From Prorocentrum cordatum (Eukaryota): 64,000 bases of DNA. Positions within the stretch are counted from its first letter, which is position 1. The number at the start of each line of letters is the position of its first letter. The translations under genes and the position numbers were made by a program. Under the pieces are notes generated by a model. It was not told where the DNA came from. It did not search any database and saw only the letters and a program-made list of their open reading frames with translations. The DNA is taken from contig CAUYUJ010000259.1 in the NCBI GenBank assembly GCA_963575745.1, forward strand, positions 62,001 through 126,000. Reading direction: 5' to 3'. Positions 53,290-64,000 of this stretch are shown here, piece by piece.

Positions 53290-54715
53290 TTTTTTTTCCT
53301 GTCGCGCTGGCCTCTACAGCACGATTCCTATTGAGGACCTCTACACAAGGATTGCGATTGAAAGCCTCTACAAAAGGATTCCTAGTGAGAGCCTCCACAA
53401 CAAGGGGTCCTATTGAGAGCCTCTACAAAAAGGATTCCTAGTGAGAGCCTCTGCAAAAGGATTCCTATTGAGAGCCTGTACAAAAAAGGATTCCTATTGA
53501 GAGCCTCTACGAAACGATTCCTATTGAAAGCCTCTACAGCGTGATTACTACTGAGAGCCTCAACAAAAAGGATTCCGAATCAAAGCCAATACAAAACGAT
53601 TTCTATTGAAACCCAAAACGTATGGATTCCTATTGAAAGCCTGTGCAAGAGGAGTGCTGCTGAGAGCCTCGATAAAATGATTCCTATTCAGAGCCTCCAC
53701 GGACAAAAAGGATTCCGATCGACAACTTTTACAACAAGATTCCTATTGAAAGCGTTTGCACAAGGATTCCGATTGAGAGCCTCTACAGAACGGACTCCTA
53801 TTGAAAACCAAAACAAACATATTAGTATTGTAGCGCAGTGCGCATGGCTTTTTATCGAGAGCCTTTTACAACCTGCTTCCTATTGAGAGCCTCTATAACC
53901 AGAGTTCCTGTTGAATTCCTCTACACAAAGGATGCTTCATTGAAACCCAATACAAATGGAATTATCTCGGGAGCCTGTGCAAAAAAAGGCTTCCTGTTGA
54001 GAGTTTCGACGAAAGGATCCAACGCTATACAGATGGCTTCATATTGAGAGCCTGTCCAAAAAGGATTCCTGTTGACAGCCTGTGCACAATGGGTTCCTTT
54101 TGGGAGCTTGTGCAAAAGGATCCTTTTCTCAGCGTGTTCAGTTCCTCGGCCTCTGCAGTCCTGCTCATCACCATCGTCATCGTCATCGTCATCATCATCA
54201 GCATTATCACCATCGTCATCATCATCATCATCGTCATCATCATTCACGCCATCATCGTCGGGATCGCACTCGTCTTATCTAGCTCCTCTTCCTCCTCGCT
54301 CATATTATCGAGTTCTTCACTGTCCTGATCCCTCTCCTCCGCATCCTCATTCCCCTCCTGAGGGTGCAGAGGGACGGGGATCCAGCGCGAAAAAATATTA
54401 AAAAAACGTGCCGCCCTCGGCCCGAGGTGGCAGTGCCCCGCCGCCGCCCTCAGCCCGAGGTTGCACTGCCCCGCTGATGGATGGATGGATGGCACGCTCA
54501 TCGAGGCAGTGACTGAAAGCAAGCTTGCAAAGCGAGAAAAAGTATTACGTCGATCAGTCGATCGTTTTGTCCTTGCCGCCCAAGGAGAGGGGCAACTGAC
54601 GGGACAGGCCCCAACGCACCCCGCGGAAGGAGGATAAGAGGATGAGGCAGTGCGACGGAGAGCATGGAGCAGATGAGGGAGGGGATACTATGCACGACCA
54701 TGTGCGGGGGGGGAG
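53290..54715 (+). repeat. ~30-bp satellite plus tail, copy 2 (shorter array)
   Basis: Collinear with 48890-51240; both end GACCATGTGCGGGGGGG followed by (TA)n. Confidence 0.85.
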
Positions 54716-54719
54716 TGTC

Positions 54720-54778
<59 letters not shown>

Positions 54779-56589
54779 CAAAAAAGGTGCGTTTTCCAAT
54801 GGAAAATGAATGAGCTTGGCTCGTTGGGGACCTCTTGGGGCGCCTCTTGGCCGCGTATTAAATAAAGCCTTGTGGACGCGTCTGGGACCGTCTTGGAGGC
54901 ATCTGAGATCGTCTGAATGCCATCTGGGGCGTCTTGGCTCGATCTTTCGGCGACTCGGGGCGTTCTTGGGCCGTCTCGGGAGCCCGCTGGTGCGATTTTG
55001 GCGCGTCGCGTGGCCCTCTGCTCCCCCGTGGCGCGTTCGGGCATGGGTTCCCCGGGGGCCGAGGGGGGGCCCTCGTGGGGTTGTCTCGGGGCCCTTTTGC
55101 GCAGTTTTGAGCGGTTCTGGGGCTGCGTTTGCGCCCTCTTGGGCCTTCGTGGGGGCCTCTTGGGCGCTTCTTGGGCCGTCTCGGGGCGGTCTTGTGAGTT
55201 TCTGGAGCCGTTGTCGACGCCGTGGGGGCTCAGAGACCGTGTCTATAGCAGCGGGGTGCGTTTCCCCATGGGAAATGGGTGAGCTTTGCATGTTGGGGAC
55301 CTCTTGGGGCGCCCATTGGTCGCATGTTAAAGCCTTGTGGGCGCGTCTGGGGCCGTCTCGGAAGCATCTGAGATCGTCCGAGTGCCATCTGGGGCGTCTC
55401 GGTTCGATTTTTCGGCGATTCGGGGCGTTCTTGGACCGTCCCGGGGGCCCGTTGGTGCGCTTTTGGCCCGTCGTGGGGCCGTCTGCCCCCCCGTGGCGCG
55501 TTCGGGCATGGGTGCCCCGGGGCCGGGGGGGGGCCCTTTTGGGGTTGTCTCGGGGCCCATCTTGCGCCGTCTTGAGCGCCTCTTGGGCTGCGTTGGCGCC
55601 CTCTTGGGCCTGTGTGGGGGCCTCTTGGGCGCTTCTTGGGCCGTCCTGGGGCGGCCCTGTGAGCTTCTGGGGCCGTTGTCGAGCCCGTGAAAGCTCAAAG
55701 GTCGTGTATATATAATAGTAATAATACCAATGATAATACAAAACTAGTAAATTGTGCGTTTTCCCATCGACCATGGATGAGTTTTGCTTGTTGGGAACCT
55801 CTTGGGTCGCCTACTGGTCGCGCATTAAAGCCTTGTGGACGCGTCTGGGACCGTCTTGGAGGCGTCGGAGATCGTCTGAATGCCATCTGGGGCGTCTTGG
55901 CTCGATATTTCGGCGACTCGGGGCGTTCTTGGGCCGTCTCGGGGGCCCGCTGGTGCGCTTCTGGCGCGTTGTGGGGCCCCTCTGCTCCCCCATGGCGCGT
56001 TCGGGCATGGGTGCCCGGGGGCCGAGGGGGGGCCCTCGTGGGGTTGTCTTGGGGCCCATCTTGCGCCGTCTTGAGCGCCTCTTGGGCTGTGTTGGCGCCC
56101 TCTTGGGCCTTTGTGGGGGCCTCTTGGGCGTTTCTTGGGCCGTCTTGTCGCGGCCGCGTGAGTTTCTGGAGCCGTGGTCGACGCCGTGAAAGCTCAAATG
56201 CCGTACATATATATATACGTGTATATAGACATGTGTACATATATATATATAAATATATATAGTTATGTATATATCAAAGCAGTGCGTTTTCCTTCCAGAA
56301 ATGGATGAGTTTGGCTCGTTGGGGACCTCTTGGGGCGCCTCTTGGCCGCATATTAAAGCCTTGTGGACGCGTCTGGGACCGTCTTGGAGGCATCTGAGAT
56401 CGTCTGAATGCCATCTGGGGCGTCTTGGCTCGATCCTTCGGCGAGTCGGGGCGTTTTTGGACCGTGTCGGGCCGGGGGCCCGTTGTCGACGCCGTGAAAG
56501 CCCAAAGGCCGCATATTCCCCAACCAGAGCTTGCTCCTGTAGGGGTCCTAGCGGATATAAAGCTGAGGTGAGGTCGGCGGCCGATTTCG

Positions 56590-56970
56590 GTGGCCGGGGC
56601 CGGGTGCCCGGGTGCCTGGGGGTGCCCGGGTGGCCGGTTTCGGTGGCCGGGCCCGGGTGCCCTCGTGCCCGGGGGTGCCCGGGTGCCCGGGGGTGCCCGG
56701 GTGCCCGGGGGTGCCCAATGGCCCAGTGGTCCTATAGCCCCATAACCCTATAGCCGTATAGCCCGATAGCCCTGTAGCCTTAAACCTTTGTATCCTTATA
56801 GCCGCAATAGCCTTACATCCCTATAGCCTTATAGCCCCATCGCCCATATAGCTCTATAGCCCCATAGCCCTATAACCCTATGGCCCTATAGGTCACACTC
56901 CTATAGCCCTATAGCCCCATAGCCCTAAGTCCGATCGCCGTATAGCCCTATAGCCCGATAGCCCTATAGC
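56590..56970. repeat. (GGTGCCCGG)n followed by (TATAGCCC)n short tandem repeats
   Basis: Directly visible. Confidence 0.8.
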
Positions 56971-57004
56971 CCGAACAGAAATTTGATTGGGGCTTTATTC
57001 CGGT

Positions 57005-57074
<70 letters not shown>

Positions 57075-57519
57075 ATAAAGGTGCGTTTTCCCATAGGAAA
57101 TGGCTGAGTTGTGCTGGTTGGGGACCTCTTGGGGCGCCTCTTGGTCGCACATTAAAGCCTTGTGGACGCGTCTGGGACCGTCTTGGAGGCGTCGGAGATC
57201 GTCTGAATGCCATCTGGGGTTCGATCTTTCGGCGAGTCGGGGCGCTCTTGGACCGTATCGGGGGCCCGTTGGTGCGCTTTTGGCGCGTTGTGGGGCCCTC
57301 TGCTCCCCCATGGCGCGTTCGGGCATGGGTGCCCCGGGGCCGAGGGGGGGCCTTCTTGGGGTTGTTTTGGGGCCCTTTTGTGCCGCTTTGAGCGCCTCTT
57401 GGGCTGTGTTGGCGCCCTCTTGGGCCTTTGTGGGGGCCTCTTGGGCGCTTCTTGGGCCGTCCTGGGGCGGTCTTGTGAGCTTCTGAAACCGTTGTCGACG
57501 CCGTGAAAGCTCAAAGACC

Positions 57520-57559
<40 letters not shown>

Positions 57560-57826
57560 GTATATATACATATTGATGTATGTATGTATGTATGTATGTC
57601 TGTATGTATTTTTTTGTATATCTATATATGTATATACATGCATTTGTGTGTATGCATGTATGCATGTATGCATATGTATGTGTATATGTAGATGTAGATG
57701 TATATGTATATGTATATGTGTATGTATATGTATATGTATATGTACATGTATATGTATATGTATATTTATGTATATATATGTATATATGTATACATATATA
57801 GATACATATATATGTTTATATATTTG

Positions 57827-57861
<35 letters not shown>

Positions 57862-58319
57862 CATAACGGTACGTTTACCCATGATAAATGGCTGAGTTCT
57901 GCTTGTTGGGGACCTCTCGGGGCGCCTCTTCGTCGCATTTTGAAGCCTTTTGGACGCGTTTGGGACCGTCTTGGGGGCGTCTGAGATCGTCTGAATGCCA
58001 TCTGGCGCGTCTCGGTTTGATCTTTCGGCGACTCGGGGCGTTCTTGGACCGTCTCGGGGGCCCGTTGGTGCGCTTTTGGCGCGTTGTCGGGCCCTCTGCT
58101 CCCCCATGGCGCGTTCGGGCATGGGTGCCCCGGGGCCGACGGGGGGGGGGCCTCGTGTGATTGTCCTGGGGCCCATCTTGTGCCGTCTTGAGCGCCTCTT
58201 GGGCTGTGTTGGCGCCCTCTTGGGCCTTTGTGGGGGCCTCTTGGGCGTTTCTTGGGCCGTCCTGTCGCGGCCTCGTGAGCTTCTGGGGCCGTTGTCGACG
58301 CCGTGGAAGCTCAAAAACC

Positions 58320-58351
<32 letters not shown>

Positions 58352-58766
58352 CACAAAGGTACGTTTTCCCATAGAAAATGGATGAGTTTTGCTTGTTGGG
58401 GGCCTCTTGGGGCGCTCTTAGTCGCATTTTGATTGAAGCTTTTTGGACGTGTCTGGGACCGTCTTGGAGGCATCTGGGATCGTCTGAATGCCATCTGGAG
58501 CGTTTTGGCTCGATCTTTCGGCGATTCGGGGCGTTCTTGGACCGTCTCGGGGGCCCGTTGGTGCGATTTTGGCGCGCTGTGGGGCCCTCTGCTCCCTTAT
58601 GGCGCGTTCGGGCATGGGTGCCCCGGGGCCGAGGGGGGGTTCGGGCTTGGGTCCCCGGGGCCGGGGGGGGGGTCGAATCTCCGGTTTGGGGTCCCTATGG
58701 GGGGGGGGGGGGGTATGGGGGGTGAGCCATCTCACGCGCCTAGAGACCCACGAGGGGTCGGCGGAG

Positions 58767-59147
58767 TACCTTGTTCGATTGTGTGGCCACATGGGTGATG
58801 GTCCGCATGCAGCTTTGGAAGGTCGAGGGATGTTCCGTCGGTGGGCTCACGTTTTTGGTAAAAGTCAAGTGTTGTGTGTAGATCTGGAAGACCAGAACAC
58901 TAGAATGAACTGGGTGCTCGACCGGATTGCAGCGCATCTGGGCGTTGATCGAAAAGGTTTCACTGATCAGCCTAGTGCCCACAAGCGCCTCAACGCCTCG
59001 TTCGACATTCTTGCGCGGAACCAGATGCGCTACGGCTCACAAGCGGTCAAGGAGATGTGGGGCAGCATCATGGAGATCCAGGCCATGGATCGTGATAGTT
59101 TGACGTTAGAAGACCTGCGCTTATTCTCAGAGTTGTGCGGTCAGTGA
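58767..59147 (+). CDS. Sulfotransferase 3' part/exon 2
   Basis: YLVRLC...FRRWAHVFGKSQVLCVDLED...VLDRIAAHLGV matches the l.rW...F..eQ+l....E...l..+..fLG+ C-terminal pattern of HS3ST-like enzymes, which exon 1 lacks. TGA stop at 59145-59147. Confidence 0.8.
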   Translation, partial: YLVRLCGHMGDGPHAALEGRGMFRRWAHVFGKSQVLCVDLEDQNTRMNWVLDRIAAHLGVDRKGFTDQPSAHKRLNASFDILARNQMRYGSQAVKEMWGSIMEIQAMDRDSLTLEDLRLFSELCGQ

Positions 59148-59389
59148 TCGCGCTCTTGTTTCACCCGCACTCCTCTCTTGCCGCCCCCCTCAGCCCTGGC
59201 CAGCCCTGGCCGCTTCCACTTTCACTGACTTTCGAACTTCCCCAGTTTCACTCGTCACGCGTCGCCAGCGTGCACGTCTTGAAAGGTGTTTGCCTCTGGA
59301 GGCCTCGCGCGGCGCGTGATAGTAGTATGATCTAGTCCATATCAGTTCCGCAAGCTATGGGTCGACTCCCGCGCGGCGATGCTCCAGAG

Positions 59390-59470
59390 TCAGTCCGACG
59401 TGAATCCGACGTGCATCCGACGTAGTCCGATGTGGACCCGGCGTGCATCCGACGCGGATCCGACGAAATC
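59390..59470. repeat. 11-bp tandem repeat (GTGCATCCGAC)
   Basis: About six degenerate copies. Confidence 0.65.
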
Positions 59471-60329
59471 GGGTCTCAAATTGCCGCGGGAGGCCTCCAT
59501 AAGATTCTTCATTAGCTCCTTGCGGCCAGTGAATGTGGGCTCTCGAGGCCCATTCGCCAATGCGGAGGGAATGAGTTGCATAACAGGCAGGTCGGGAGCT
59601 TGCAGCCGAACAAAAGCGTGAACATCCTCTTTCCGAGGTCCGCGCGGACCTCCGACAGTTTATGTCTACGCCGTCGTTGTTATTCCTCTACAGTCGGGCC
59701 GCTGAGAAAGAAACCCTGTTCGTTCGGGAGGTACTCGGTGTTCCTTAGTTGTTTTACAGTCTGTCTTAGGTGTTTGTTCGGCTTTCTATGGGAGATCGAA
59801 GTTCAATTGACTGGGTTTCTTCATAAGCGTGGGGCGTACCCCTCCGACGTGGGTCAACCTCGCCTCGTTGTCGCGCCGCGACTGGGGTCGGCTACCCGCG
59901 ACAGGGGGTCGTTGTGGGGCTTTCGGCGGGGGTGACGCCCCCCCGACGCTGATTAAGAAACTCGGAGTACGTAAAAAGGTGCCTCGTTCCTTATCTTGGG
60001 TTCCTTATGCCAGCGTTTCGCCTGTATATGCATGGCGGTTGCTGCACAGGTTGATCGTGAGAGGGGGCTCGAGGTTAGACGTCCGCGGCTCTCAGGGAGC
60101 AGGCCCTGGGTGAGTGAGGCCTGCCCAGATTGAGGAGGAGGAAGGAGTACGATGAGAGTGAGGATGCTCGAGGAGAAGAGTAGGTATCGCTCGGACGTGT
60201 GATTTTTGTTTCTCGTCGAGGCGAGGACCCTCGAAGAGCCGTTTGGGGCACTCTGCGAAGCACAAGACACACGCACGAAGCCGGACAATGCCCGGGGAAG
60301 GGACCCCCAAGCGACGGGGACAACGTGGG

Positions 60330-60949
60330 AGGCGGAGTTGGAGGAGGAGGAGGAGGAGGAGGAGGAGGAGGAGGAAGACGAGGAGGCGGAGGAGAATGAG
60401 GAGGAGTGGGATGAGGAGCAGGAGGAGGAGGAAGAGGAGGAGGAGGAGGAGGAGGAGGAGGAGGAGGAAGCAGGAATTGGAGGAGGAGGAGGAGCAGGAG
60501 CAGGAGGAGGAGGAGGGGCAGGAGGAGGAGGAGGAGGAGGAGGAGAAGTTGGAGGAGGAGGAGGAGGAGGAGGAGGAGGTCCGCGCAATAAAGCATTTTG
60601 GAAGAGCACGGTGTTGGCTCGACAGTTCTTGCGCTTTCTCCCTATTCTCTCTCTCTCTCATTCCTTGTCTCTCCGCGAGAGCGAAGGGTGCAGGTCCATC
60701 CAGTGGATCAAGCGGCTTCGCCTCCCGCGGCCGAGCTCTGCGGGAGCGCCTGGCCCTTCACCCCCCGCCTCCCTCCTCCCACTCCCTTCTCCCCACAACC
60801 TCCTGCGCCCCAAGGCGAAGGAGGAGGAGGTAGAGGAGGAGGAGCAGGAGGAGGAAGATGAAGATGAAGATGAAGATGAAGATGAAGATGATGATGATGA
60901 TGATGATGATGATGCTGATGCTGATGCTGCTGCTGATGATGATGATGAC

Positions 60950-60995
<46 letters not shown>

Positions 60996-60996
60996 C

Positions 60997-61027
<31 letters not shown>

Positions 61028-61038
61028 GGTGGTGGTGG

Positions 61039-61103
<65 letters not shown>

Positions 61104-61570
61104 CTGCTGCTGCTGATGATGCTGATGATGATGGAGGAGGAGGAGGAGGAGGAGGAGGAGGGGGGGAGGGGGAGGGGGAGGAGGGAGGAGGAGGGAGGGA
61201 GGGAGGAGGGAGGAGGGAGGAGGGAGGGAGGGAGGGAGGGAGGAGGAGGGAGAGGAGGGAGGAGGAGGGAGGAGGAGGAGGGAGGAGGAGGAGGGGAGGA
61301 GGAGGAGGAGGAGGAGGAGGAGGAGGAGGAGGAGGAGGAGGAGGAGGAGCAGGAGGAGGAGGAGGAGGAGGAGGAGGAGGAGGGAGGAGGAGGAGGGGGA
61401 GCAGGAGGAGGAGGAGGAGGAGGAGGAGGGGAGGGGGAGGAGGGGGAGGGAGGCGGAGGCGGAGGCGGAGGCGGTGGCGGAGGCGGAGGTGGAGGCGGAG
61501 GAGGGGGAGGAGGCGGAGGAGGAGGAGGAGGAGGAGGAGGAGGAGGAGGAGGAGGAGGTGGAGGAAGGTG
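60330..61570. repeat. (GGA)n and (GAT)n microsatellites
   Basis: Directly visible. Confidence 0.95.
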
Positions 61571-62321
61571 CGTATCCATTGTGGCCCAACCCCATTTCCC
61601 CCCCTCGTGGGGGGCGGGTCGCTGCGGGAATGGACCTCATGGGCGCCAGCCTGGCGCGCGGGCGGCAGCTCTGCGCCAGGGCCGGCCCCGAGCCATGGAA
61701 GCACAACGAGACGAGGAACGAGGGCGGCTGCCCGAACGAGTGGCGGCCTTCGAACCAGCGCCAGAGAGAAATCGACCGCTTCGGCGCCTGCAAGGCGCGC
61801 CGACTCGCCCGCAGGCGGCGCCGCGACGCCTGCGAGACGGGGCTTCGCGCAGCTGGCATCAACACACAGACGAGGTACATCGTGATCCAGATCCCCAACC
61901 AGAGTAAGCCCCATGATGGGCACCAGAGCGACTGGAAGGGCGACGTGCAGCCCGAGGAGCAGAACGCGCCGCCCGACACGGACCTCGAAGCGGAACGGCT
62001 CCTGGGCGAACCGCTAGACCTCGCGCGCCCTGCGCCGCCAGCGGTCGCCTACCCCACGGAGGTCTACCTGCAGGCGCGTGCAGAGGTGGCTACCCGAGCT
62101 GCCGCACGCCGGGCCGAAGCTGCTGGACAGGCAAAAGCCGAACGCCAGTCGAGGGCTGCACTACCAGACCCACCCACACCAGCGCAGCAACCCCCGATTG
62201 CTGGCAAGACGTCCTGTGCGGGGAGGGCGCGAATACGCCAGCGCAGCAATCCCCGCTTGATGTGTGCAGTATGTATAGTGCGAGTGGCACATGGGCACCC
62301 GTGGCGGGCATGCTCGCACCG

Positions 62322-62343
62322 TCCGCGGCCATTTTGGCTCAAG
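62322..62343 (+). other. Genomic copy of the dinoflagellate spliced leader
   Basis: TCCGCGGCCATTTTGGCTCAAG matches DCCGTAGCCATTTTGGCTCAAG at 20/22 positions. Confidence 0.85.
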
Positions 62344-62413
62344 CGCTGACGTGCGGCTCTCGTTGTGTCCCTGCCGGTCGATCTTGGGCTTCTCTCGGCT
62401 CTCGCGATTGCGA

Positions 62414-63805
62414 TGGATTCCGGCGGCTTCCCCGACGCGCCGCCGGCTCCAGCCACCGTCGGGGGTGGTGCTCTTCGCGGGCCTTTCCCCAAGGCAGCGG
62501 CGGCGCCGCGTGGCACGCCGTCGGCAATGGCGGGGCTCACGCCAGACAATCCTCGAGACAACCGGTTTCGGCGGTGACTTGGCTAAGGCGTTGGTGGCGG
62601 CCGTTGGCGGGGACTCGGGCCCTGCCGTCGCGGACTTCGTGGCCATCTTGGAGCAGGTCTTGGTCAACGTGCTCAGCCAGCTCGAGGTCGAGGGCATTCC
62701 GGCGTCGCCCATCGTCCACGGCCGCGCTGTGCGGGCGATTCGGGCCGTCTTCGACGCGGCGGGGCTGCCGCCGCCCAGCTTGGGCGCGCCAGTGTCCACG
62801 GCGGCTGCGGCTCGGCCTTCTGGGGCCCCGCAGGACGAGCCCTCGCCCGCGCCGGCGGCGGGCGACAAGCCGCGGTTCTCGGACATCATCGACCCGGGGG
62901 CGGAGGGCGCCTTCAACCACCTTCTCTCAAAGGACGACGTGACGGTGGCGCGCGAGAGGCGCGTCGCGGTCACAGGGGGGCCCCCGCCCGAGCACGCGCG
63001 GCCTTCGGCCGCGCAGATCTCGGGGCTCGCGGCGCTGCTAAAGGCCAAGGCCTCGCCCTATGTCGATTTCGCCGTGTTCGGGACGTTTGGCCGCAGGAGG
63101 GCGAAAGCCGGGCAGTTCGAGGCGCAAGCCTTCGTGGACGGGCGCCTCGAGACGAGGGTGCTGTCGGGCCCCTCGAACTTCGAGGCCTGGCGGTCGTCCT
63201 GGCAGGTCTTGCGCTCGTGCTTGATCTGCCTGGGAGCCGCCCCGTCCGCGGCGTCGGACGCGTGCGAGGATGGCACCCGTCAGCTCTCCATCCTGTGCCC
63301 GTCCAACTGGGGCGTCATCCTCGGGGCCGACGACGCGGTCAGGTCCGAGAAGTGGGGCGCTCTCCTGGAGGGGCACCTCGCATTCAACCCGGATGACGAC
63401 CAGGCGCGGGCGCACGTCACCAGCGCCACCGCCCCCGGCGGCGAGCCGCCGGTTGCCCGGTCGGCCCACCGGTGGTGGATGCGCGTCGGCGCCCCCTGCA
63501 CTCCCCGCCGCGGATGGGGGGGCCAGACGGGCTCTCTGGTCGACCGTCTGGAGGGCGCCCCAGCCGGGACGCTTCCGGACCCCTCAGCCCCGCCGCCCCG
63601 CGCCCAGGCGGGCCGGCAGCGTGGCCCGCGGGGCGGCGGCGGCCAGGCTGGCGGCCAGCAGCGGGCGCAGCCGCCGCCGCAGCGGCAGCCGCAGCAGCAG
63701 GGCCCGGCAAGGCAGGGTTCGAGCGCTGGCGGGGGCGGCGCCCCGGCCGCTGACAAGCCCACCGAGGCGTGCAACCTCTGCTTAGAGATTCTTCGCGCCT
63801 GTTAA
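62414..63805 (+). pseudogene. Gag-like ORF1 of a retroelement (possibly DIRS/tyrosine-recombinase class), decayed and 3'-truncated
   Basis: TGGPPPEHARPSAAQISGL...PYVDFAVFGTFGRR...LSGPSNFEAWRSSWQVLR...NWGVILGADDAVRSEKW, then a G/Q/P-rich linker and a truncated EAC segment. No RT is visible before the window ends. The ATG at 62414 is out of frame with the long ORF. Confidence 0.5.
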
Positions 63806-64000
63806 GTGTTATAGGGCTGTTAGACATCTTAATATGAGATAACATGAGATATCTGATGTATGTTATAGAGGAAGTTGTAAGACTTATAGCTCGACTTACT
63901 ATCTCAGATATCTCAGTGGTCCACAGCTGGCGTTTCCCCTAAGCGGTGGGCAAGCCGCGTAAATCCGATAAATTTGGCAGCCCGCGTTTCGCCCCAGCGG

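Larger units (their letters stand above)
45080..58700 (+). repeat. Interrupted tandem array of a ~500-bp unit (GGTGCGTTTTCCCAT...GTCGACGCCGTGAAAGCTC), units mostly separated by (TA)n
   Basis: Unit starts at ~45468, 51275, 54786, 55255, 55753, 56282, 57079, 57868 and 58358. The peptide [29 protein letters not shown] recurs in the ORF track. Confidence 0.85.
44900..58766 (-). mobile_element. 13.9-kb nested Helentron/HINE-like insertion; candidate GA-AG intron of the sulfotransferase
   Basis: Left end: ATTCTATA-GGC-TTAC-GCC-AC-ATCCGCCGACCCC (44901-44933). Right end: CACGCGCC...GACCC-ACGAG-GGGTCGGCGGA (to 58765). Removing 44900-58766 joins ATG GAA to TAC CTT GTT in frame. Confidence 0.75.

Noticed and set aside
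44984..58725. Repeated W/G/L-rich ORFs ([11 protein letters not shown]...)
   Set aside because: They derive from the CCTCTTGGG-rich repeat unit, are open in multiple frames and show no recognisable domain.
60206..61979. Acidic, Gly-rich and poly-Met ORFs
   Set aside because: Translations of (GGA)n and (GAT)n tracts.
1..64000. rRNA, tRNA or a true SL RNA gene
   Set aside because: None recognised; the leader matches lack the following GT donor and SL intron.

Overview
Repeat-dense, GC-rich eukaryotic DNA, most likely from a dinoflagellate. This is inferred from a 20/22 match to the dinoflagellate spliced leader at 62322 and from GC-AG introns with AG|G acceptors. Most ORFs in the track are artefacts of microsatellites or high GC. 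Three larger structures stand out. (1) A ~26-kb element (~10076-36135) has ~1.7-kb diverged terminal inverted repeats and is flanked on both sides by same-orientation (GTA)n tracts. It carries a decayed CACTA/CMC-type DDE transposase and several intron-containing minus-strand cargo genes, one with an HPxNR (ParB-like) start and a SET-like tail, plus many short palindromes. (2) A Golgi-type PAPS sulfotransferase gene, preceded by a relic spliced leader, is split into two in-frame halves (43766-44899 and 58767-59147) by a 13.9-kb nested insertion. The insertion has Helentron/DINE-1-like ends and could be spliced out as a GA-AG intron. Further members of the same end-structure family lie at ~42126-43188, ~51538-52573 and 1-1031. 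(3) A gag-like retroelement ORF (~62414-63805) follows a near-perfect spliced leader. All family assignments come from motifs recognised by eye; no searches were run.
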